Counted from the stretch's first letter, positions 38,316-49,641 are shown. The stretch: 64,000 bases of DNA from Microthyrium microscopicum (GCA_010405405.1 MU004238.1:1995530-2059529); one strand, 5' to 3'. Translations and numbers: made by a program. The notes: a model not told the origin generated them from the letters alone.

Positions 38316-38875
38316 TCGGGTATGCCATGCTCAAAAGACAAGTAGTGTGTTCCTGTCCAGAGATGGGAAATTGCCCTTCTATAAAGGGAAGGAAGGAGTT
38401 TAGATAGAGGAGAAATAGTTTCTGAATTGGAAAGTACAAAGTAGTGGATGGAGACTATTGGCGTATATTACCATGTTGTAGAAGTCATTTTGGCATTCCT
38501 TCTTTACCGGGTTACTTCAGCGGCACCTTTAGTATATAATTGAGGTACATTAGCACCTCATCTCTTCATCGGCTCCACTGCGCAGCTCAAAATGATAGGT
38601 AGTATTGAGGTGGGCTTCCGCCTCTATGCTTCCTTTGTGATTCCGAACCAGGCTGCTGTGACCGCTTGGATACCTTAGGTGAATGTCAAGGCCACAATAA
38701 TGAGTTTTTGCGTCATTAAGTGGTTCATCTGCTACTCGAAATCTGAACCTTCTACTCACACCATCTCCCTACTCCCAACCCAACCGCAATCAACACGCAA
38801 GCAAAACCAGCGATTCATCACCTTACGACACAACAATCGCTTACAAAACAATATCAAGCGCTCACAGAACTCATC

Positions 38876-39331
38876 ATGTGTCGAAAACTTGAGTATTCGT
38901 ACAAATGCGGCTGTCCAGCAGAAAAGCTTGTCCGCTGCAAGTGGGGACTAGAAGTCCCAGAGACTACTCCCGGCGAACCTCAAGCTTGGTGTCCAAAGTT
39001 TGAGGGCCCGCCACGCGAGCTCATTATTCCAAATCGCTCCTATCCGTGCGAATTTTGCGAGGCAAAGCAGAAGGTCTCAAATGGATACCTCAGCATGCTG
39101 AACCCAACGTCATGGTTCCAAGCCAATCGCTACAACAAGGCAATGGCTAAGAAAGATTCCAAAGAAGAGGTAAGAGATGCCGATAATCTATTCGTTATGG
39201 CTCGAGCTGATATATATAGGAATTCGACATTGTGGAAGCCGGAAGGGAGAGCGATGGCGCTCAGTGACTGCGAGGTGGTCAGCGAACGAGATGTTATAGT
39301 GGCCTCAAAAGTTCAATGCTATAATCGATGA
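38876..39331 (+). CDS. Cys-array member 4 (151 aa)
   Basis: MC-x8-CGC-x7-C-x17-C-x18-CEFC, preceded by an A/C-rich leader. Confidence 0.75.
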   Translation: MCRKLEYSYKCGCPAEKLVRCKWGLEVPETTPGEPQAWCPKFEGPPRELIIPNRSYPCEFCEAKQKVSNGYLSMLNPTSWFQANRYNKAMAKKDSKEEVRDADNLFVMARADIYRNSTLWKPEGRAMALSDCEVVSERDVIVASKVQCYNR

Positions 39332-39723
39332 ACACTTACCTATTTTCTCTAAGCCGCGAGCTTATTAGCTTTCAATACTGTAGTTTTAGTTCGCTGCAGT
39401 GACCTAATTGCCTCCGAATTGTAGCCAACATAGTTGGCATTCTCCCACTAACAAGTGATGACTTTCAATACTTCACCGTGTAAACGGGATTTGATCTCCC
39501 ATCGCTGTCAATAAGATAAGAAAATATGCGCCAGTCGCCAAGCATAGGTGGTGAATGGCAGATTTTGCATTGAGAATATAGGCCATTCACTCTGGTTATC
39601 CGCTTGCCCCTTATAAAAGCAAGATATCTAGCGCGCATCTTTCATGAACACATTAGACATCAAAACCACTTCTTGCAGTAGCAGAAAACTTACCCGATCA
39701 TTCACAAGCAAGCCAGTAACATA

Positions 39724-39993
39724 ATGTGTGAGATCACCCATATAAGATGGCAGTGTGGCCATAAGACGACCGACACAAAGGCCTGCAGAAAAGGCGGTAC
39801 GCAGGCAGCCAGAAGCAATGGTCGGATCATAATTCAATGTGAAGGAGAAGGGACGTTTACGACCTGGAAACGTAGAACGCGACGATGCGGCGAGTGCGCA
39901 AAAGGTGAAGGCATATTTATACACGTAAAAGATTGGCTTGAGGAGAAAATCGAAAGTCACTCGCTCAGAAAAGAAGCCCAGACAAACTTTTAG
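39724..39993 (+). CDS. Cys-array member 5 (89 aa)
   Basis: MC-x8-CGH-x7-C-x17-C-x15-CGEC. TATAAAAG at 39612. Confidence 0.75.
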   Translation: MCEITHIRWQCGHKTTDTKACRKGGTQAARSNGRIIIQCEGEGTFTTWKRRTRRCGECAKGEGIFIHVKDWLEEKIESHSLRKEAQTNF

Positions 39994-40213
39994 ATCTGTT
40001 TTCTCAAATAGTCTCAGTAACGAATCACTCAATTGCAATATCAGATACCTCTAAATTGCAATGATTGTGCTTTGTCGCTTGACACTAAGATCTGATGACT
40101 GACAGAATTCAAGCATAAAAGCGGAGTGCCACTGATAAAGATATTATAGCATCAAACATCCACATCAACATTCAGAACCACTCCGAAAGATTGCAAAAGC
40201 AGGCGAAAATACG

Positions 40214-40495
40214 ATGTGCGAGCACGGGTCTTTCGAGTATGATGAGTGCGCACATAGCATAGCTTATTACGTCTTTCCTTGCGATGGCTTTAAGGAAGAG
40301 CTGCCAGATCCAGTTACCCGGAAACAAGAATTTCGTTGCCTGATGGACAATATCACGGTATCAAAACATAGAAAGAAAGGGTTATGTGCCGATTGTAAGG
40401 ACGACAAAAGAAAGGAGTCACTGCAAGCCAGATTGAAAGACGAAACAAATTGCGTTGATAGTTCAAGCTCAGCTTCAGAAAAAGTGGAAAGATGA
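40214..40495 (+). CDS. Cys-array member 6 (93 aa)
   Basis: MC-x9-CAH-x8-C-x18-C-x15-CADC. CATAAAAG at 40114. Confidence 0.75.
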   Translation: MCEHGSFEYDECAHSIAYYVFPCDGFKEELPDPVTRKQEFRCLMDNITVSKHRKKGLCADCKDDKRKESLQARLKDETNCVDSSSSASEKVER

Positions 40496-41057
40496 AGTGA
40501 GTTTATGAATTCACAGGCGGAGTGGTCGTGGTACTGTAGCACATGAAAGTGAACCAGTTGAATGATAACTGATAGGGAAACTAACTGGCGTACTTTCAGC
40601 GATTTCGATGGCTCCCACACATATGCTCTAGTACCGAATGCGCCTAATACCATCAAAGGCGTTCAGACTGGCACGGTTGATTGAATGCGATGGATAATAT
40701 AGCACCCCTTGTTTAGTAGCATTCGTGGGAGCAATTGAAGTTGATTGGGACTCACCACTATTTTGTCTATAGGCTGGAATGACTGACTGACGATACAATT
40801 CCAATAAGCATTCACACAATGACTGAACAATAAGGAGGCTCTATCACCATCCACAAGCTTTCTCCAATCTCCACCATACAGATATCTTCAATATTGAAAT
40901 CTAAGCAGCGTAGATAACATTGGCTGATTCTCATACACTCTTCAAAGAGATATAAAAGCAGCTCTTCCTACATTCTCCTCTTCCAATTCGTTTCAAAACC
41001 ACCATACGAGCAAACCCCAAACTAAAAGCAAACCGCCAAACTGATATCTCATCCACA

Positions 41058-41387
41058 ATGTGTCAAACTGCGGTCTGGAAATTCACCGCTTGCGGCTGCG
41101 AAAAGAACGAATCGATCGAATGCAAAAAGAGCATTGAAAGCAAGACACGTTGCACCAAAAATGTTGTCCATACCACCTGGGAGGCCCCTCTGAAGTGCGT
41201 TGACTGCCGAATCAAAGAAAGAGATGCTAGACTTGAAGCGAGTCAACCGTATGTCAAGCTGTATGAAGTACGCAACAGCAGTGATCCTTCAGATGAGGAA
41301 AAACAAGCAATAGCTCAGGAGGCATCGGATAGGTGGCACATATACTCTACGCACATGCTTGGTATCAACCCAGCAGATCTGTATTAA
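41058..41387 (+). CDS. Cys-array member 7 (109 aa)
   Basis: MC-x9-CGC-x7-C-x9-C-x14-CVDC. TATAAAAG at 40951. Confidence 0.75.
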   Translation: MCQTAVWKFTACGCEKNESIECKKSIESKTRCTKNVVHTTWEAPLKCVDCRIKERDARLEASQPYVKLYEVRNSSDPSDEEKQAIAQEASDRWHIYSTHMLGINPADLY

Positions 41388-41614
41388 GGGTTGTACAATA
41401 CTCTCGGTCTTTGGCTTCGGAATAAGTAAGCCACATCTGATTGATGGTTGGTTTCACTTCGACTAGGTACGATGTCTAGCATAACAGTTCAGATAAAGGA
41501 AAATCTCTCATTCTGTAGAGATCAATAACTTCAAAACACTGAAGATGCTCTATATCCAGCAAATCGCTCAATTTAATATCTTTTTCTGGTGACTGTCGCT
41601 CGAAACTTCATCTC

Positions 41615-42190
41615 TTATGTCAATATATCGATATGCCTTTCATCTTCCCTAGACACGATCACTCGCATTAATGCATCATGGTCGTGTTGTACCTCACGAA
41701 ACCTGACTGTATTCATGATCCGATCACCGTTCCGCATTCCAGCATTTTCCGCAGGAGATCTGACTTTGAGACGGCGAACAGTCCTCTCGGGCCCATTGAT
41801 TGAGTTTTCGTTGAATTCAAGGTGCCAATTGTCTACAGAGGCTCGCTCCAAGCCCAACTCATGATCTGCAAGGCTTTTCGGCGACGGAACAGCGAGGCGA
41901 CCATCACTCATATCCTCATAAACCTTATTTGCAGATTCTTCGCCAACACAGTCAGCTAGAAGAGAGAGGTATGCAGATATGCTGGCTGGCTGGTCTTGCT
42001 GCTGGTAAACCAAGTCTAGTACAACATCATCAAGAGAATGCTTTCCTTTGGACGCAGCGGGTCACACATAGTGGACCTCAATGGCAAACGCAAAGCCACG
42101 CTAGTATGGAAGTCTTTGAGCGTCCGATGTTTGCCATGCGATCTTGGAAATCTCTGAGTTGGACAGGTTGACAAGGGAACTCGTGTAGAG
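41615..42190 (-). pseudogene. M61-like peptidase/PDZ gene remnant (C-terminal part)
   Basis: One frame reads YTSSLVNLSNSEISKIAWQTSDAQRLPY*RGFAFAIEVHYV*PAASKGKHSLDDVVLDL...SPAENAGMRNGDRI (PDZ-like). In-frame stops at 42103-42101 and 42064-42062. Confidence 0.65.
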
Positions 42191-43234
42191 TAAAATGGGA
42201 TCGAATATTATGATCGACATTTCCGTTCCGTTGGAATCCCCCTCTTTTACCTAGCTGCGTAAACTGGTAGCCAGCAAGTAAATGGAAGTATGCCAGTTGT
42301 TTTGCCGACCGGCGATGAAAAAAAACGCAGTGACCAAAGTGGCCGCAAAGGGCTGGAACAAAATGATAGGAATCGTCGATTGTTTAAGCTTCGTCTCTGC
42401 TTCCATGTAAACTGGTCTCTGTAGTTGCAACAGTAGACGCATATTTGAGAAGTCGGCAGCTTCGTAGACGACGCCTCGGATCCCGTTTCAGCAGCACAAC
42501 ATCGGACAACGACTATCGTGAAGTCCTAAAAAAGTATGAATCAGGCAAAGGTACCTCATGAGATCTTACATAAGAATAAGCACCATCAGGACTCGGATGT
42601 AGTGCACTCGTTCTAGCCACAGTAACACGCAAGTGCCAGTACGCTTTCTTCAGAAGTTTTTTCTCCTGAAGTTCTGATCAGTGATGGAAGTCTTCCGATG
42701 TTTTCAGGAGCTTCCAAGATGATGAGCACGAAGACAGCCTTGACAGCCAAGCGGCTTAGTTGTGCTTGGGGCGATGTGTACCTTTACCTCGGAGTAGAAT
42801 GGTCCCTTGCGTTGTGCTTTGCAGATGAGTGGTTGGTTACCGGTATAGGCTGCATATTCAGGGTGTATGGTGCATATTCCCAGGGCTCGACCAACTTATT
42901 TGTGGTTCTTTTACACATGCCTTCCATGCCCCATCCAGATTCGGGAACCATTTCTTGTTTTTATACATTACCACATCTGCCTGGCCTGATTCTAGAAAAC
43001 AGAATCAAATCTTCTCTACTCCTCTTGGCACTCGTTTCTACATACCGGCTCGATGATCTATTTTATATCAGCATAGTGGCCAAACCCCTCATCGCTTGTC
43101 TCCATCTGGATATCAGTCAACTCACGCGACCACCCCACTACACTTCCATTCATTCGCTACAATACTCTACTCTATCACCGCCACCATAAGCCATCCGCCA
43201 TACATTCGCAACAAATACCAGCGGCATCACCACA

Positions 43235-44056
43235 ATGCCAACATCCACGACAACAACTCTAGTCCCACGCGCTGACACCATCTCCCTCCGCTCCTCCGTC
43301 CCCTCCTCCCGACCACCCTCCTACGGCCGCCACCTTCACGATGAACTTGTCTCCCGCACCTCCCTCTCCGCCCCCCGCAACCGCAACTCTCACGCCTCTC
43401 ACATCACCGCCATGCTACTTCTGCTCACCAGTCCAGCGCCTCTCACGCTGACCATCGACAACAACCTGCTATACCCGCCACCTCCGTCCACCGCGCTCTA
43501 CCATCTACCGCGCCTGCTAACATGGAGTGGCAACGAAATCTCCCTCGCGCGCAGTATGCCTGCGGCCCGCAGACCTGGACAAATTCGTGATCTCGCACTC
43601 TATACTTTGCGCCGCACGCCGTTCACGCACGAAGTCGCACTACTGCCGCGGCGCGAAGGTCTCAAGCCCGCAACGATGCGCGGTCGACGGGGTGTATTCG
43701 GCGGGATGCGATGGGACGTAGAGATCCGCGGCGAACCTCTTCTCAGATATCGTAAAGGTGCGTGGCGACTAGCGAAGGGCGGGATGGTGGTCGCGACAGA
43801 GAAAGTTCAGCGGGAGGCGAAACGGCCGGGCGTGTTGCTGGAGGAGGACAATGATAGCGCGGAGGAGGTTGTGGAGAGAGAGGAAATCACGATTGCGGGT
43901 GAGGGTATTGAGCTGTGGATGAAAGATTTGTTGGTGGCGAGTTGGTGTGCGAAGGTTTGGATGGCGAATGCAAAGAGTGGGATGGCGAGGACGTTTATTC
44001 GTGGGCAGAGGTGGAAGAAGAGTGATTTTACGTATCGATTTCAGATTGTTCGATGA
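43235..44056 (+). CDS. Hypothetical protein (273 aa)
   Basis: Intronless ORF with good start context and coding-like composition. C-terminal DLLVASWCAKVW. No family recognised with confidence. Confidence 0.7.
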   Translation: MPTSTTTTLVPRADTISLRSSVPSSRPPSYGRHLHDELVSRTSLSAPRNRNSHASHITAMLLLLTSPAPLTLTIDNNLLYPPPPSTALYHLPRLLTWSGNEISLARSMPAARRPGQIRDLALYTLRRTPFTHEVALLPRREGLKPATMRGRRGVFGGMRWDVEIRGEPLLRYRKGAWRLAKGGMVVATEKVQREAKRPGVLLEEDNDSAEEVVEREEITIAGEGIELWMKDLLVASWCAKVWMANAKSGMARTFIRGQRWKKSDFTYRFQIVR

Positions 44057-44720
44057 GTTTGATGTTTTGACTAAGCTGCGTTGGAGTTCAGCAGCGTGTG
44101 TGGAATCTCTACTCAGAGTTGGACGGCGAGTTCGAGGGAATGGTGCTCATTGGAGAACGAGGGCTTTTGGCGTGCTTTCAGGGACTGGAAGAGTCAATTG
44201 GATGCACAGAATGGTATTGCGAAGCATTTGATACCCCTTTAACGGCTGTCGCAGGTAATGATTGATGGCATACACGAGGCATGAGCGACATGATATCTTG
44301 CAATATAATCCCTCGGTTTTGTAGTTGAATTGATGAACAGTCCCCTGAGGAAGATTGTGACCATTTCTGGTGGACAACATAGTTGGCGAGCTCCAATCGA
44401 GTGCGATAGCTCGCATCATACTCTATGATAGACAGTTGCGCGAAGTCCCGGCACATTTGACGAGAAGTCGAGGGTAATGGGATATAAAACCGCCCGAGGA
44501 ATAAGCCTAGTCGGTGGTAGACATTGTTCTCATTGGAAGAGTCAAGAGTGCCATTTTTTTATCGATTTTACCATTGCCTGCGCTTATGCCATCTACAATG
44601 AGTAGAGTTCTTACTCAGGATGAGTAACGGGTTGACATTCAGCATGACCAATTCTAAAAGCGCCCAAGAACTTTCATACCTATGGAATAAAATTAATCCT
44701 GGTAACTTTTCATATTCTAA

Positions 44721-45636
44721 TCAAGGTAAAAGTCTTTCAGCGTCTTCCGCAATTCCTTCACTGCGATGATTTCGGGCTGTTTTTATGCCCTTCTTCATCG
44801 CTGGAAACGATAGCTGTATAATGGCCATAACCACGGCCTCTACCTGATCCAAGTCTGTCAACTTGGCTGAAGTTGCTGGAGTCGAGATTCGTATTTCAGA
44901 CGAGCATTTGTTTCCATTGATCTTGTGTGTAACATTTTGACCTACAAGCAGGAAGATGAATGGATATATTGCTGACCAAAAAAAGATTGGATATCCGTCG
45001 TCCTTGCTTGTTGAATGCGAGAATGATCCTATGAGCAGTACTATCATGGATATAAACGGTCCCAGCGAATATGTGACGATGAATATAATTCTGCCCACGG
45101 TGTCAAGTCCATAGTCGATGAGCATTCTGTATTGATGTGGCAGACCGACGAGGAAGAAGGCACCCAACCAGAGCCGGCTTCTGGTAGTTATGGTGTTTAG
45201 AAGCGCAGAATCGATGGACAACCAGCACATAAGTGGTTAATAGTCCCGAGATGCTGCAGATGAACGATGAAGCAACGATGGCCGGGCTTTTGATATTGCG
45301 TACCAGAGAGTCCATGGCTGCGACTACAGTATATGCCAGTGAGGCGATAAGTTCTCCGTCAATCTTGTGTTCCGACTTTTCCGTATTTCTGAAAAGAATT
45401 GCTCTTATCATCCGTAGCTCAGAGCGGAGCAGAGTGCTCACAAGAATGATCGCCCAAGCAATAAGAGCCCCAGGTCCGTAAAATCCGCTGACATCTTGGT
45501 CCAAACTTGGGGGACAAGGTGGTGGAGGGCCCGATTTGTCGTGATCGTGTTCGATGTGAGCGCCGGCTTCCGGTAGGATCAACCAGCACGTGCAGGCATA
45601 GTAGAACGAGAAAATGATAAAGACGATTGGGCTCAT
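44721..45636 (-). pseudogene. Multi-pass membrane protein split by a frameshift
   Basis: ORF 45636-45103 (signal-like start, DVSGFYGPGALIAW, TM helices) overlaps ORF 45230-44721 (TM helices, KLTDLDQ) in another frame. No bridging intron seen. Confidence 0.55.
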
Positions 45637-46355
45637 CTTGATGGTTTCGGACAGATCGTGCGACAGGAATAATGATGCTCATGCCAGCTGCTCAAAGGCA
45701 GCTACTAAGGTGTGAATAGCAAGAAAGCATCGGATGGCGTCCATTCTCCGTGTTGAAATAGGAAAATAAAACAAAGCTTTTATTTCCATCATGGTTGGGG
45801 GGAAATGAAGACAAGGGACAAATCCAGAATGATCATGATTTCAGCCCCTTTTCTTGGAGGCGCAGCAAACACGAAAGGATGAGGCGCAGTTAAAAAGCAA
45901 TGGATGCTGCCTGTTTCGGATTCGAGAGCATGATCAATGTTGAAAGAATCTTCTTAAAGAAAATTCGAGCGAAAAGAATAACAAGCTGTAAGCTTTATAG
46001 GCTTGAACTGAATTAGGTTCCAGCCGGTGAGCAACCGCGAGATTGTCCCATAAACTACCATGTTCCCCCGCGTCCCCCATAACGGTTGAAGGGTGTCTAT
46101 GGGCCCAGTAGTAACACCCGTTGTAGTTGAGATATGTTCAGCTCACTTTGACGTCGAGGAAATTTGAAGTGTTGAACGACACATTGTATCAGATGATATC
46201 AAGTATTCTACAAGCATGATTTGCTACGACCCAAGCAGACATATAAGTCAAATTAGTGAGTTACACAGGTAACATACAACAGCCTACATCAAGTCATCCA
46301 GTTCTTCATTCTATGGAAAAATCCAGAATCCTAATATAATGAGGGACTTCAAAAA

Positions 46356-46649
46356 TCACTTCTTGCCGCCGACAGTCTTACCTCCACCGCCTGAACTGTT
46401 GTTTCCACCAGCTTTCTGGCCTCCACCGCCGCTAGATTTACCTCCTCCGCTAGACTTCGCTCCTCCACCACTTTGTGCGTTGTTTCTATCTCCGGCCGAT
46501 TGAGCACGGGAAGCGAAGCCCTTGGAGGACATATCTCCTCCTCCTTTGGCCTAGATCTCATTAGTGAAATGACAGTGACCAGAGGACAGTTGGGTGAGAA
46601 GAGATCCTACCTGGCCAGATTGGATACGAGAGGCATCTGACTTCTTCAT
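46356..46649 (-). CDS. Small SMP/LEA-like Gly-rich protein (77 aa), 2 exons; absent from the ORF track
   Basis: Exon 46649-46611, intron 46610-46551 (GTAGGA..CTAAT..TAG), exon 46550-46356. Protein: MKKSDASRIQSGQ|AKGGGDMSSKGFASRAQSAGDRNN...GGKK*. Confidence 0.8.
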
Positions 46650-47084
46650 TTTACGATGGAGTATGTGTCTGGTCTGTATCTGGCGGTTGCAGTTCGTTGG
46701 AGGATAGAATACGAATGTGAGTTGTGGAATATTGCTGAAGAGTAAGATAAGAAGAGCAGAGGGAACGCTTTATAGCGTGCAAAGATTGCTCACTTGGGTC
46801 GTAGTTTGTCAAGTTTGCGTAGACCCCCAAATGATCATGATAGTTGCGCATTGTTTGTACCGACATGTTTGATTGTTTAGAAGTGCGATCAGCTGAAGAA
46901 TCCAAACAGAAGTCAACCAAAAGCTAGACTAAGGGGCCTCGAATAGCATCGTACAGTCTAGATGTTGACATTGACAGTAATTCATCTCAGTTAGTGGTAA
47001 ATGACCTGGAGATGTGATGAACAAGCATGAACACTTCAAAAAACAAATCATATTCTGTGGTCTCAATCTTTAAATGTATAGTCA

Positions 47085-48573
47085 TTACTCTGGAACGAAC
47101 GAAAACGCCACCAGGCCCATTTGTTCTTGCTCTTTGCCTTCAGACACTCGCCTAAACAAACTTGTTAGCTCCCAGTGTCTCGCATTTGGAAGAAGACCAA
47201 AACTTACAATGGGTGTGCTTCCTTATCCCAAAGAGCATCGATTTGTATCTTATCGCCCTTCTTGACGGATATTGGTTTGCTGCATTCACTCATTTCGCTG
47301 ATTGTTGTCCAAGTCTTTCCTTGAACAACCGTCGTCGAACCATATTTCGCAGTTGATTTACAAATTTCTTTATCATTGAGCTTAACAATCATGGCATCAC
47401 CGCCATCCTATTGACAGTGTCAGGCATGTTTACGACGGCAAGGATAAAGAGGACAACTTACGTGCATATGGCCACGAGCGGCAATGATAGTGCCAGGGTC
47501 CTTGATGGTCATGGGGGCGCCAATATGTCTACCAATAGTACCATTACCAGTGAAGACAATAGGATCTGCGCATTCTACAGCTTGTTAGCGGAGTTTCTTG
47601 TCTTGTGGCTAATCAGTACATACTTGTGGTTGAAGTGAAAGCCGTCGACGCCTCCTTGCCAACCTTGCCTGGCATAAATTCCGTGTCCATTTGGATATAG
47701 AACTTTTGTGGCTCCGGTCTGTAATTGACAATTTCCGCCTGGAACATAAACTTGTCGTTCTTTCCAAAGTAGAACCCAGAATCATACTTGCCATCCGGCG
47801 TCGTAAACATCTGCGTAAACTGATCCACCGCACCAAATCCAAAGATCGACAAGTTCAACCGACTCGTAAACATGCCTATCAGACCAAATAGTCCGCTCTG
47901 TATCGTGTCCATTATTGGATTCATGTCGCCGCAAAAGCTCACAAATCCATCCACCATGCTGTTCTTCACCTTGCGGTCTGGGCTAATGTTTAAACTAATG
48001 ATGTGATGTAGATACACGCCGCTTTCGATCGCCGCGCGCGTGCCGTTCTCAAAAACCACGTCCATCTTCGTCGCGAGAACTGTGCAGTCCTGGCAAAGTC
48101 CCCCGTTGACAGTGTGCATGACATTAGCGCCATCTGGATCCATGGAAGCGCCGAGGAATTTGGCGAGCGCGAGTGGGATGTCGAGTTTGAGAACAGATGC
48201 AGTGTCGAGCATGCCTAATCCGCCGCCGCCAGACATGATTCCTCCGCCAGTGGGTGAGCCGCCGTGGGAGTGACCTTCGCCTTTCATTCCGCCGCCCATC
48301 GCAGACTGAGCTACGTTAGAAGAGGCACTAAAACGCGGTGAGACGTTAAAGAGAGGTAGATAGAACCTTTGAGCCGGGTAAGTCATAGGGACCAAACTGG
48401 TATAATTTTCGTGTGGCGGTTGATCTGAATCGTGGTTTGGCATCGATAATACGGCCTGGTTTTGTTGGCGGAGCGATTTCTTCCAGGCTTTGAGCATTCT
48501 TGATATCTCTGACCTGAGGAGCCGCAAAAGCGCTTCCTGTGAGAACTGTAGAGAGAAATGTAGTTATCTTCAT
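47085..48573 (-). CDS. Secreted protein with PHM-like copper-monooxygenase ligand pattern, multi-exon
   Basis: Signal peptide MKITTFLSTVLTGSAFA; motifs LCQDCTVL, GVYLHH, RGHMH|DGG, EIC, ISEMSEC and HPL|RVSEGKEQEQMGL. Canonical introns, e.g. 48366-48306. Confidence 0.75.
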
Positions 48574-49641
48574 GGTGGTTGTGATCTGCAGTGATATGTT
48601 GGCAGAGACTGGATGTCAAAACAATTCATAATGCTGGTCTTGTTGGATATATGTAGTACGCTGACCATGGCATACCGAGTCGTCAAATAAGCTTTGGTTC
48701 AAGCTCGTTAGTTTGTCTCAAGACTTCGGGAGCAATATGTGAACTTTTGTGTATCAAGCCCTTTAAAAATCTAGATTGCTTTATTGACCTAGAGCCAGGG
48801 GATTATTAGTGCAAGACATGCATCAGGATGGTTTCTTGTACCAGAATTTATGATGGACTCAGGGTTCTAGAAGAAGCTACGAGCTAACATTTGACAACCA
48901 GAAGCATATGCGATGGTTGTCCATCTCATTTCATCCTGAAGATGTACGCGGAATCGTTTCGGTTCTGCCCTTGAAGAGCTTCCTCGATCGAGACGGTGGA
49001 GCAGGTTCTGTGTAGTCTGCTATACACTAGTTCATTGAAAAGAAATATTAGCTAGCAAATGTAGTAATGTTCATATATCAGGCCACCCACAGATGCAAAG
49101 TGTTGAAAGTGCAGATGTCCGGGGAAAATCTCAAGTCAGTGGCATTTAGCCCTCCTTGTTGAGTCGATTCTAGCTCTAGGTAGTGACTTGGATACCGCCA
49201 GTAAGCAAGTAGTAAAGCACTCTTGACTTATCGGGTTCCATGGGCCTGGAAAGGGATGCTAAAGACGCAGTCAGGTGGAACCAGTTTCAATTTGACTGGA
49301 ATATAGCTGCTGTAAAAGCGACTAGTACATCTCTCATCATTCAATGAAGAACATGTCAAACTTGTTAACATTATATGCTTCACAATACAACTTACCAACA
49401 GGTGCGTGTGGTACATGGTCATTGGTGGAGTATGAGAACTGAGGGTTTTAAGCCCCGAGGAAGATTTGCAGCTAGGAACAGAATCTGGGGAACTGTACAA
49501 GATCGGGACCCTGCCGGGTCTACTATCTATAGATCGTTTCAGATCTCCGTATAGACTATGGAACAAAGCACTCAGGGCAGAATGTACAGATATCGAACCA
49601 TAGACTACATATACAGCATTCAGGCAGACCATGCGATTAAT

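Noticed and set aside
36832..41387. Array read as secreted Cys-rich effectors or RiPP precursors
   Set aside because: No signal peptides, no Kex2-flanked core repeats and no DUF3328/UstYa gene nearby. The CxxC/CxH pattern fits metal binding better than disulfides.
46349..46561. 70-aa ORF MRSRPKEEE...
   Set aside because: Wrong frame of the spliced SMP-like gene; its ATG lies inside the intron.
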